In this document: in pieces, positions 1 through 12,850 of the stretch
How positions within the stretch are numbered: the first letter of the stretch is position 1
Layout of the letters: each line of letters starts with the position of its first letter
Origin: the human T2T-CHM13v2.0 reference genome, Homo sapiens
Assembly (NCBI RefSeq): GCF_009914755.1
Contig: NC_060939.1
Reading direction: 5' to 3' (one strand)
DNA: 64,000 nucleotides
The notes under the pieces: generated by a model
Database searches by the model: none
Told to the model about the DNA's origin: nothing
What the model saw: the letters and a program-made list of their open reading frames with translations, nothing else
Program-made: the position numbers and the translations under genes

Positions 1-270
1 AGTCTGTTTAGCAGGCACACCTGTCTTTCAGGATGAACTCAGGAGCTGATAGCCTTTAGCAAGTCAACCCACTTCTGGGAAGCCCACCCTTGACAAAGCT
101 GGAGCAATTAGGTTTGAGCCTGGTAAGGAAAACAAAGGAGGAAGCAAAAAACGAGAAGCCAGTGTAGTTGGTGTCGTAGGTGAGCTGTTCACAGAGAGAG
201 GATAATGCAAGTCACAAAAACATCAGCCTGGAGAGGCCAAGAAAAGTGTCTCGGGAGAGGTCTTGAACTG

Positions 271-575
271 TTTTGGTTTTTTGGTTTTGTTTTTGTTTTT
301 ATGGCAGAGTCTAGCTCTGTTGCCCAGGCCAGATTGCAGTGGCACGATCTCAGCAAACTCCGCCTCCTGGATTCAAGCAATTCTCCTGCATCAGCCTCCC
401 GAGTAGCTGGGACTACAGGTGCACATTACCACGCCTGGCTAATTTTTGTATTTTTTGTAGGGACAGGGTTTTGCCATGTTGGCCAGGCTGGTCTTGAACT
501 CCTGAGCACTAATGGTCTGCCCACCTCAGCCTCCCAAAGTGCTGGGATTACGGGCGTGAGCCACTGCGCCTGGCC
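271..575 (-). mobile_element. Alu (S)
   Basis: Alu consensus; TSD cttgaactg. Confidence 0.9.
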
Positions 576-1007
576 TTGAACTGGTTATTGAATGATAAAT
601 GGGACACTTGAAGAAGAACAAGGGGAAAGGGCCCTAAAAGGGTCAAAACCTAATTTGCAGAGTAATAAAAATATAATTCTCATCCAAGTATATGGTGAGC
701 ATGGGCTGATGTCTCATTTAACTAATAACAGAGCAGATGACAGAGGAGGGTTTGCGAAACTGATACGGGAATTGTTAATGAAAAATAATGCTAGAATAAG
801 ATTCCTAAGTTAGTAGCAAAAATGAGTTAATGATCTACAGTGTAATAAAACTAACCTTTGGAGGTTTTTTTTTTAATTAGATAAAAATCATTTGTACGTT
901 TTCAGTTTTCTATAACTTTTCATAGAATCTGGGCCCTAATCACTGGTAAATAGCATGTCAAGTGTCAGGCAAATTTATCTGCCTTTACAGAGTCAGATGA
1001 CCCTTAG

Positions 1008-1325
<318 letters not shown>

Positions 1326-1468
1326 TAGGCTGACTTTCAAGCAATGCTCTAGTAAGAAACTCTACCCATAGTGATTCTGATGATTCTGTGTACGCTGCTG
1401 CGGGCTCACGCTGACTTCCTGTTGACTGAAGGTTGTCTCTCACTCTCGCTCTCTCATTCCTGAACCAG

Positions 1469-1673
1469 CTGGGACATCGGGGAGTGGTCTGAGTGCAGCA
1501 AGACCTGTGGCCTGGGCATGCAGCACCGCCAGGTTCTGTGCCGCCAGGTGTACGCCAACCGCAGCCTGACGGTGCAGCCCTACCGCTGCCAGCACCTGGA
1601 GAAACCTGAGACCACCAGCACCTGCCAACTCAAGATCTGCAGCGAGTGGCAGATCCGGACCGACTGGACCTCG
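1469..1673 (+). CDS. THSD4: THSD4 internal coding exon (TSP1 repeat: WDIGEWSECSKTCGLGMQHRQVLC...WQIRTDWTS)
   Basis: ccag|C acceptor and TCG|gtacgc donor. 205 bp, ends in phase 0. WxxWxxCSxxCG thrombospondin motif. Confidence 0.95.
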
Positions 1674-2059
1674 GTACGCAGGCAGGGCAGCCCGCTCTGC
1701 AGCTCCCTCTCCAGCTCCCACCACACTTTCCAGCCTCCCCCACCAAGACCTGAGATGGGTAACCCTGAGTTCCACAGGAGGGAACCCGTCCCGTGGGGGT
1801 CTGGACGGCTGTTTTTGCAAACCACAGGATGTACCAATAGTTCAATAGAGTTCAGGGTAGTGTGTGCCACCCACAGCCAACTTTATGAGTGAGCCCAGGG
1901 GGAGCCCTCTGATACTGGCCTCATCTGCTTTGTGAGTCATGGTGAAGTGAAGGTTGGCAACTGCTGGTAGAGCCAACTCCTTCCAATTTTCCCTACCCAT
2001 TTTATAGCTGAAAAGACTGAGGCCTGGAAGAATAGAGTAGTGTCAGTCAAAATTAAGGC

Positions 2060-2851
2060 TGTTAAGGCAGAAATAATTTGATAAAAGATTTATTGGAAGC
2101 CAATGTAAGGATCAGCCCAAGAAGACACACGAACAACGTTGGACATGTTCCAAAGTCTGTTACAAGTTGAAAGGCTTTTAGAAGAAAGTTTAGGAGAGGA
2201 GACGGGGACCCCTTGAATCGGAGTTGTCTTTTTCATTGGAGGGTACAGCACAGAGGTTGCAATCACTGGCTACAGATGACGACATACAGGCTAAAATGTT
2301 TTAAGTGCAAGACAGTCAATAAAACTTCATGAGTCAGAAATAAATCAGCAAAACTTTATGACTCAGAAACAAACCAAACAAACCAGTGTCCTCTTCAATG
2401 TCCACAGGTTACGTATTAATCAGTATGTCAACAGTTTGAAGAATTCACAATAAGATTTGAGGAACTGACAATAATATTCTTTACTCTAAACAGGATGTAA
2501 GCCATGAATCCTAAGACCTTCTTCCCAGGCAACTTAGAACATAGTTTATTCTTCAAGGGCAGAGGTGCATGACTTAACCCCTTGCCTGCCATGGCGTTGG
2601 GTCCTGTTTATAATTTGGTATCTTATTGCCACAGAGAGTCCATTCTGTCAGTCTTATGATTTCTCCCTTAACATCAGTGCTGGTCGGTTGTGTCTAGACT
2701 GCAAAACGGAGGTGGTATGACAGGGTGTGTCCAACCTTCCATCCTGTCATGGCCAGGAAATCCATTTTTAAGGTTTCTCTGGGGGTCTCCTTGGCCAAGA
2801 GGAGGCCCATTCAGTCAGCTGGGAGGCTTAGGATTTTATTTTTAGTTTACA
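2060..2851 (-). mobile_element. ERV1 solo LTR, MER4 group
   Basis: TG...CA termini; the minus strand begins TGTAAACTAAAAATAAAATCCTAAGCC, like MER4-group LTRs. Confidence 0.7.
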
Positions 2852-3051
2852 GTAGGCGAGGCATCTAAGAAGGTCTTGTAGAAAAGGGTTGTGGAGTTTT
2901 CTAGGGCTCAGATCCCTGCCCCAGCTGGTGACATGCATGACAGAGCCTCAGTCTCATGGGGCTGATCACAAAGGCTGCGGGCTCCATACTGGCAATTCTC
3001 TCCCAGAGCTGAAGCTGCTGGTTCCCCTGACGTCAGTGTGCTGTGTTTCAG

Positions 3052-3225
3052 TGCTCGGTGCCCTGCGGCGTGGGACAGAGGACCCGTGATGTGAAGTGTG
3101 TGAGCAACATTGGGGATGTGGTTGACGATGAGGAATGCAACATGAAGCTCCGGCCGAATGACATTGAGAACTGCGACATGGGACCCTGTGCCAAGAGCTG
3201 GTTCCTCACCGAGTGGAGCGAAAGG
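3052..3225 (+). CDS. THSD4: THSD4 internal coding exon (CSVPCGVGQRTRDVKC...WFLTEWSER)
   Basis: tttcag| acceptor and AGG|gtgagt donor. 174 bp, phase 0-0, TSP1 motif, in frame with the previous exon. Confidence 0.96.
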
Positions 3226-4288
3226 GTGAGTGTGATGGCGGGCAGAGCGCCGGGGACCGAGGTCTGCCAGGTGCCTCCAAAACCACACAAAGATGAGTCA
3301 CTAGCTCAGAATCCCAAGACTGATTTCTGGCTCTGGGGGGAAAAAAAAGGCCCAGAGAGGAATTATCGTAGGCTTTCTATCCTTATGTGAGGACTGAGGG
3401 TCTCCAAAGGTGAGGAGGGTGTATGCAAAACTTGATTGAATTCTCCTTAGCACTCCATGTGGTCACTCCATAATACTAGGTGAAGTGAATCATTACATCC
3501 CATCGTTCATATGTCTTGTAAGTGCCTGGTGTCTCATAGACACTCAGCAATGGCAGGCCCCTCTACTGCTTTCTGCCAACTCAAAACATCCCACACCCCG
3601 TTCCCTCCCCAGTAGCCTGGCCTCCCATGGGAAGTCTCAGGTGTCAAAGAATAACTCAAAGGCATATATAGTCAACCATTAGCCCACCAGTTACCTGGAT
3701 ATAAGGGAAAACAGTCATATATTAAATTCATCCATCAAAGGCAAAAGGAGGATTTATATGAAAAGGGGTTTCTGCAGATGGAGTGATGTTGGTTACACAA
3801 CAGCATGAATGCACCTAATGCCCTGGAGGTGTGGGCTTAAAAGTGGTTACGATGGTCAATTTCATGCTATGTGTATTCTACCACAATCAAAAATGAAGTT
3901 TGAGAAAAGACACTAAACAAATTGTAGAACATACCTTGGGACAGGGAGAAGAAAAGAGGAAGGAGATAAGGAATTGTGCTTCCTTTCCTGGTGGAATCGG
4001 CGCATTGGCGGGCATGGGATGGCCAGTCAGAGGGTTTGCCCAGGGCAGCTGCACAGCTGTGAGAGGCACCAAGTCCAGATTCTGGATTCTCTAGGAGATC
4101 TAGGGAGTTTACCTGGGATGAGGACATGATTGGCTATCTCTGACCTTGGTTAGCGGCCTACCTCTCGGATACACTAGTTCTGCCCCACTTCCCTTGCTAG
4201 AATCCCGTGCGTACACGTTACCTGTGAACCGCATTAAAGTGTAGGTCTGAGGCAGCAGGTGTGGGGAGGAGCCAGGGATTCTACATTT

Positions 4289-4329
4289 ATTTTCTTTCTT
4301 TTTTTTAATATTTTTATATTTTTTAATTT

Positions 4330-4380
<51 letters not shown>

Positions 4381-4675
4381 TTTTGAGACCGGGTCTCATT
4401 CTATTGCCCGGGCTGGAGTGCAGTGGTGCAATCTCAGCTCACTGCAGCCTCGACCTGCTGGGATCAAGCAATCCTCCTGCCTCAGCACCCCCTGCCCCCC
4501 TCCCGCCAACGTAGGTGGGACTATAGGTGCGCGCCACCACCCCGGCTAATTTTTTGTATTTGTTTGTGGTTTCACCATGTTGCCCAAGCTGGTCTCAAAC
4601 TCCTGGGCTCAAGTGATCTGCCACCTCGGCCTCCCGAAGCCCTGGAATTGTAGGCATGAGCCACTGTGCCTGGCC
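4289..4675 (-). mobile_element. Alu (J) with (ATTT)n tail, inserted in a MER5A-like element
   Basis: Alu consensus; ctacattt on both flanks. Confidence 0.85.
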
Positions 4676-6294
4676 ACAGCCTACATTTCTAATAGGTTCC
4701 CAGGGTCTCTGAGGCCACTGGTCCAAGGACCACACTCTGAATAACAAGGCCATAAAAAAGACAGAGGAGCCCAGCCATGTTCTTGGATCTTAGGAGACAC
4801 GATGCAGCCCATGAGCCCCCACCCCGTCCCCACTCCCAGCATCATGAGAACAACAACCATAGTATCTCAGACTCAAAGAAGGACCCTTTCACGCAGTTTG
4901 GGGATATCAGCAGACATGCCCCATACGGCCACATTGGCTGACTCCAACTGGTCAGTGTCCATTCTGACCGGTCAATGGCCACCATGCACCTGTTATTGAG
5001 TATTTTGAATATCACCCCTAGAGGTGTTCACATAGGTTTTCTCTCCCTCTGCGGTGTAAGATGCCCCTTCATTTTGTCCCTCTATCACCATAACAATCCA
5101 CTTCCACAGGGAGTGTTATCCAGAAAGAGAGGAAGGACAAACCTGCAAATGCAGCCTTCACTCCACCTCCAGAGATGGTCCTGGAGATTCTTACCTAGCG
5201 GCTCATCTTCTTGTGTGTTCCCCACACCTCATGGCATATGGCCCCTGCCCCTTAGGCCCACGATGACCCCAGATGGACAGCCCTTGGTGCAAATACTGAG
5301 CTTCCAAGATGAGCATCTGACTGTGCCCCCAGTCCCAGGAGCAGACACTAATTTGGCCATCTGGGAGGCTCTAACCAAAGAGAAACAGATGGAGAGTAAG
5401 TGCTGATCTGGCCACTGACTCAAGCTTCTGCCCTAAAGCTGAGTCCAGGAGAGCTCATCCTAGTTCTTCGGTGTATCCCTATTTTCCAAGCCTCCCATCC
5501 CAAACATTAGCGCATGGTACTGCGGAAACAGTGGGGGAAGGTGTTTGTGAGCTCAGCCTCCTTGCCAGCATGAGGAATCCTCTGCAGTGCCCCTGACATA
5601 GGTCACAGCTCTTGCCCAAACCCTTTATCAGAAATTCACCCTGTGTCCAGACAATTACATCTATTTCTTGTACAGCTCAAGGTGTCAAGAGGTCTCCTTT
5701 TACAGTTAACCAAAGTGTTTCTTACTAAGTCCCACTGTCCTTTAGAAAAGGACAGCCCTACAGCCATTGGGGAACCCCTTCCACTTTCTCCAGGCTAAAA
5801 ATATCTAGTTTCCTCAACTAATCCTTTTGTGCTTTAGTTTCTGAACTCATTCGTGTTCTCAGTAAACTTGATGGATTTCCTGTATCAGCAAATGGATGAA
5901 AAGAATGATGCTGGACTTTCATTTTTATATTGGAATGATTCTTTTTCTTAAAAATGTTGGCTTTTTTCTGGTTAAAAAGTAACACAGTATTGTTTTAAGA
6001 ATATGAGAAATTTGGAAAAGTATGCTCCAAACCTCTTCACCAAAAGAAAATTTGAGATTAAGCTATACTTCAAGTTTTTTCTTCTCATACATACTTTACC
6101 TACATAGCTTTTTTTCCTCATACGTATTTTAAAGATATAAATGTATCTTTATATCATAATGTATGTATAATTTGGTCACCTCTTTTCACTTAATTATTAT
6201 AAGCATAAAATCTTTAAAACATGATTTTTATTATAATAAGCTATAGAACTATATAACTGAAACAATCTCCTATTTCTAAATGTTTGGGATTTTC

Positions 6295-6480
6295 TAGTTT
6301 TTATTTTTATTTTTATTTTTATTTTTATTTTTGAGACCAGGTCTTGCTCTGTTGCCCAGGCTGGACTGCAGTGGCACAATCATGGCTCACTGAAGCCTTG
6401 ACCTCCTGGGCTCTAGTGATCCTCCCTCCTCAGCCTCCTGAGTAGCTGGGATTACAGTTATAAGCCTCCATACACGGGTG
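6295..6480 (-). mobile_element. Alu right-arm fragment
   Basis: (TTTTTA)n tail plus right monomer. Confidence 0.8.
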
Positions 6481-8726
6481 ATGTTTTACTGTTTAAAACA
6501 GAATATTTTAAAAGACTTCAGTAAGTGTTCTTGTGCATAAATCTTTATATGCACCTCTTCTTATCTCTGTAAAATAGTGGGGGCGTGGAATCATGTTAAA
6601 TTATGGGAAAATATTATGAATGCTTTTTGAACTCTTAATACATTTTAGCTAATTGTTCTCCAGAAAGATTATTTCGGTGTAGTCTTCCAAGCAGCAACTG
6701 AGAGCGCTTTTACAGTCATTTTGTTGCCATGATTCTTTAGTTTGTAAATTCCATGTCTCTACATTTGCCACTCTCTGAAAAGGCAGGGGGCACAGAGCAC
6801 AATACGTACAGAGAAAAAACAACTCTGTGGGGAAAATAGCTGCAGTGGTTCATTCCTCTGTGTGTCTCCCACATTTATTTAGAACAGTAAAAAGCTACAT
6901 GTAAATTTTCCAAAGATTTCCACTCTACCTATTTCCTCTCCAATAATGACTTGCAGATTTCCCCTTAAAGTAATTTTGCTTTGCATTTCAACATAAGTTC
7001 TTGCCGAATCTAGCTTGGCTTAAAATTATAAATAGAGCAAAGAATGAGCACTTTATTCTATTCAGGGAACTCTTTCGTTCGTTTTGGAAAAGATGTTCTA
7101 AATCATGCAAGTTGGGTGCTATGGTGTAAGTAAATAATTTTTGCCTTATCTACCCTCAGAATAGATCATGAATTCTAAATGTTCATGCTTATTTTAGAGT
7201 AGATGAGTGGGAAGGGAGTACTATTGGGTTTAAGAAACGCACATTGGCTTTGGTATCATCTCCATGACCATCACTTATTTCGTATTTGACCCTGAGCCAG
7301 CTACTGATTCACCGAGCTTCAGTTTTTTCAACTGTAACATTGCTGAGTAACCGCTGCAGTAATATATTTGAAGCTATGACCTAGATGAGGTTGGCACAGT
7401 GGGAAGGATTTCCTGTGGGCTGCTTCATTCTTCTTCAGCTGCGTGTTACCAGGGGCCTTTGGGCCACCAGTTGGTCTTAGAAAAGGTTCAGCCCCTGGAA
7501 TGACCAGCGGATGGCAGTCTTCCACTTTTGAATAGTTGCTTTGTGTAGAAAATGGCCTCGTTAAGCTTTAGTCTGAACTATGAAATTTTTTATTACTGGG
7601 AATAAACACGTGTTGAGCACCTGTTACATGCCAGTCATGAACGAGACACAGCTTCCGACTCAATAAGCTCAAGAGGGAGAGACCAAAGAAAATTAAAGTT
7701 CGCAAACACTTAAGAGTACAGAGTGTGTCTTATTGCCCAATTTAAAATTAATTAATCTTTACCTAAGTGAATTGAGGTTGTAACCCCAGTCTGAATCTTC
7801 TGTTAAACTTCTAGGGACACAAAGTTTCTTCTGGCTTAATGACTCACCTTAAAAACATCTTTTCAGCTGCTTGTACTTGAGAGTGGGCCTTATCAGAAGT
7901 AAGCATCGTTGACTTTTCAGTTCTACAAATCAATGATAGGTTTAAGCCCATGTGCAATTTTTAATCACAACAGGAAAAAAACACTTTTAGAAAGTCCACC
8001 AGCCTTAGTTTGGTAACACCTAATTTCTAAGAAAGTTTTCCAGGAAAAAAATACTGAATCATTTAAATTATAAGAAATGATGCATAAAGCTGAAGTTCAA
8101 GAATAGTCATTACAGCCTTATAGTCCCTTAGGGGCCAGTTGGGCCAAGTTTAGGATTTAACTGTTGCTGGAATGAGAAGGCAGTCCCCACCAGAGGGTTG
8201 CTTAGGAATTCCATGTGTTTCTGTGTTTTATCAGCCCAGAAGTTCAATTACGAGTCATGTCCTCTTCTGACTAGCAAAGCAGATTTGGTCCTTTTAGGAA
8301 CATCCTTTAAGGACAGTGGGTGGGTGTGGTTTGGAGCCTCACCTGGAAGGTTAGTCCCCACTCCCTGGTAGGGACTTCTCCTTCCCCTTGCTTCTGCTGA
8401 CAGGCTTCCTGGACCAGGTCGTGAGTGGGGAGCTCCTTTCATGTTTACACTTGTTGGGCTTTTCACTGAAGGTGTTGTAATAAAATGAAACTCCTCTACA
8501 GGCCTCATCCATGTGATGTCCTCCCATTGGGCACTGGCATGGTCCTTCATATTCTTCTTTTAAATTAGGTATATGGGGATGTGAAGACACTTTCCCAAAT
8601 GTATGTGCATTACTTGGTTTTGAAAGCAGAAAATTAAGTTAGCTAGTCAGATGGAAATTACTTGGAAACAAGTAGCCTAAGGGTTGGAAACATGAAGATA
8701 ACTGAAATTCTGTTTACCTTTTATTC

Positions 8727-9035
8727 TTTTTTTTTTTTTTTTTTTGAGATGGAGTCTCACTCTGTCACCCAGGCTAGAGTACAGTGGCATGATTTCGGCT
8801 TACTGCATCACTGCAACCTCCACCTCCCGGGTTCAAGCGATTCTTCTGTTTCAGCCTCCCAAGTAGCTGGAATTACAGGTGCACACCATCATGCCCAGTT
8901 AATTTTTGTATTTTTAGTAGAGATGGGGTTTCACTATGTTGGCCAGGCTGGTCTCAAACTCCTGACCTCAGGTGATCCGCCTGCCTCAGCCTCCGAAAGT
9001 GCTGGGATTACAGGTGTGAGCCACCACACCTGGCC
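8727..9035 (-). mobile_element. Alu (S)
   Basis: Alu consensus. Confidence 0.9.
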
Positions 9036-9295
9036 TACATTGTATTCTTTACAAGAGTATTTAAATGTCTTGAGTTTTAAAGTTAGGAAGAAAACCAGAT
9101 CATACATGGCTGAAACAAACAAACAAACAAACAAACAAATCCTTTAGCCTAGAATATTCCAATTATTGTAACAAATTTTAAGCTAAAGGACTGAGTCATT
9201 GTCCCAGATTTCTAATAGCAATCTAGCAAAATAGCAAAGGACATGAAATATGCAAATAGCAAAATAGCAAAGGACATGAAAAATGTCTGCAAACC

Positions 9296-9871
9296 TGTAG
9301 GGGAGGAAAAATGTTTCCTCTGCATTCTTAGGTTCTCTGGCTGCAGTCTGTGAATTAAGCTGACAAAAGATTAACAGATAAAAAGCATACCAATTTTGTT
9401 TGATGTTAATATTTTTGTAGTGGCATGGGGGGCTTCATAGGAAAGAAGTGACAACCCCAGAGAAGCAGTTAAGACTTGAGGGATTATATACCATTTTAAC
9501 AAAGGGTGATAAACTATGGAGAAGTGATTAGACAAAGGAAAGGGGCTGGGGCTTCTAGGGACAGTAAATTGTGAGAAATTGACTAAGAAAAATATGGGGG
9601 AAATTGACAGAAGATAAGGGTCCTTTTATTAAAGTTTATTTGTGCAGACTTGTCTTGGAGTCAACTCCCCATCTCCAGTGATAAGAATCTTCTCTTCTTC
9701 CTAGCACTGGGAGGGCACCCTTCTCATGGGAAATTTATGCCCTGGTTTTAGGCAGAAATGGGGAAGGCAGAGAGCTCTTCCTGCATCTGCTATTTCTCAA
9801 TAGCCTTCAGCTCAAAATAATCAACATGCCAAAGCAACATATTTTGGGGTGGCATGTTCTGATCCCCTTCA
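9296..9871 (-). mobile_element. ERV1 solo LTR, MER34-like
   Basis: TG...CA termini; the minus strand begins TGAAGGGGATCAGAACATGCCACCCCAAAATATG; imperfect 4-bp TSD aacc/agcc. Confidence 0.68.
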
Positions 9872-11146
9872 AGCCCTTTGCTCCAGAGGGAGTTTCTTCC
9901 CTAAGGGGTCAAGCCCAGCTTAGCAGTGGAAAGGTAAATGTTTGATCGCTCATGCTGGCATGTGATTTTACAAGACTAGATGTCAGCATACAAAAATGAA
10001 AGTGGAAATTTTGATAAGGAAATGAGGTTGTAAGGATTGTTTTTCCCTTTTCTCAATTTTTATTTAAATTCTATTGCTTTATTTTCTAAAATAATACGGG
10101 TAGAACTCAAACATTGACTCTATTTTTAAGAAAAGACCCAGAAACCCTTAGAAAGGGCTTTGGTCATGTGCTAAAGGGCCACGTCTAGGATTAGAAAGTG
10201 CTAATAGATAAGAGAAATGAACAAGGCAGGGCCCAAGTCTATATGCAACTGATATTCATGGATTTACTCATGAATAAGACACTGACCTGAGAAAGAATTA
10301 GAGATGATTCGTTAGTTCCTGCTCTCACCAAGCCTGCTTCAGCAAAGACAAAAAAAAAAAAAAAAAAAAAAAAAAGACAGGACACAAATAACCATAATAC
10401 AAAGGCAGGAAGCAGCACATAGAGTGCCATGAGAATTCCAAGGCTTGAAAGAACATCTTAAATTGGACACTCAAGATAGTCTTCACAGAGGACAGAGGAG
10501 AAGGTATTTGAGGTGAGCCTTAAAGGCTTCTGATCTGTCCAGTGAAGGGAAAGAGCATTCTGGGTGGAGGGAATGACAGGGGCAAGGGCTCTGTGAGCCT
10601 TTTATGTGATCAGGGAATAATAGCCACTCTGAGTCTGTCCAGAAGGAGGTATGGGGGATAGGATAATAGGAAATTAGTCTAGAAGAATTGGGTCAATTGG
10701 GGCCATATTATAGAAAACCCTTAATGCTAGAAGTCCATATGTGACTTCTGTTAGGAATGGGATAACTTCAGAGGGAATTTTTAGCATGGAGTTCTCAACA
10801 CCTGGCAGCCCAATGCATTGGAAAAGCTGGTGAGGTTGAGCAAGAAGCTACAGCCACAGTCCAGGGTAAGAAAGTAAACTGTGCTGGGAACCATGGATGG
10901 AAAGGGGCAAGACAGGTTAGAGAAATGTGGCAGAACTAGAGTCTGTGAGACCTAATGATTGTCTAGATGTTGGAAGCAAGAGGGTAGGAGAATAGTCAAC
11001 TTTTAAATCCAGGTAGAAACTTGAAAGCAAATCAGAAAAATAAAAGGAGGAATGGTAACGGTGGTGAAGGTGTACATGCTGGATTCAAGGTATCTGTAGG
11101 ACACCCAGATAAGGATGCCCAAAAAATGTTTGAAAAGATAAAGTTT

Positions 11147-11441
<295 letters not shown>

Positions 11442-12065
11442 ACACGATAAGATGAGAACCAAAATAAGGGCACATTCCAACGTATGGCAAGACAGATGGA
11501 AAATGCTCTATGAGCTTTGGGCTGTGACTCAGGAATGTTTTCACTGTATCCTAGGAGAGGACAGTGTGATTGTAGTAGAAAAATCACTAATAGATATTTG
11601 GCTTTAAGTGAAGATTTTATCCCTATGAGGCTTAGTTTCTCTATCTTGGAGTGGGAATGTAGGGGTTGAAGCCCCTTATACCATTTACTGGGCACCTCCC
11701 ATCTGCAAAGCACATTATACAGTCTCCATAGCCCTGTCAGAAATGTGTTTCTATGCCAGTTGTCTAGATGAGCATGCCAAAGGTAGGAGGGGCTGGGTCA
11801 CTTGCTCCAGGCCGCACAGCTAGTGAGGATATCAACACTGATGTACCTGGTTCCAAAGCCAAGCTCTCCCTCTATACCAAGCTGTCTCCCAATCCCCTCA
11901 TAGCTGTGGCCTTCAGAGACTGGAACAATTTGCCTTAATATCAGGCAGCAACATTGAGGTGACAGACTTAAGTCCCCCTATTTTTCCAACCCAGACTTGG
12001 CTACTAGCAGGTAGAAATATGCCCAGGTTTTCATGCACCCATTCTTCTTCAGCTGAATATATATA

Positions 12066-12469
<404 letters not shown>

Positions 12470-12676
12470 TGAAGCCCAACCCAGAAAATCTAAGACAGAG
12501 AATTGCCATACTGATATCTCATAATGGAGTAGGCTATGCACGAGAAGCTGCCAGATATTTCTAGGGGAAACAGACGGCAGGAAAATGAAGCATTCCATGC
12601 TCCTTTCCATCATTTGAAAGTGGCTTCAGCAGCTGCCAGGGCCTCCTGACTAATGTGCCCTTCCCCTGTCTCACAG

Positions 12677-12850
12677 TGCTCAGCGGAGTGTGGGGCCGGA
12701 GTGCGGACACGCTCGGTGGTGTGCATGACCAACCATGTCAGCAGCCTGCCCCTGGAGGGCTGTGGGAACAACCGGCCGGCAGAGGCCACCCCATGTGACA
12801 ACGGACCCTGCACGGGCAAGGTGGAGTGGTTTGCCGGGAGCTGGAGTCAG
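12677..12850 (+). CDS. THSD4: THSD4 internal coding exon (CSAECGAGVRTRSVVC...WFAGSWSQ)
   Basis: tcacag| acceptor and CAG|gtgagt donor. 174 bp, phase 0-0. Confidence 0.96.
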
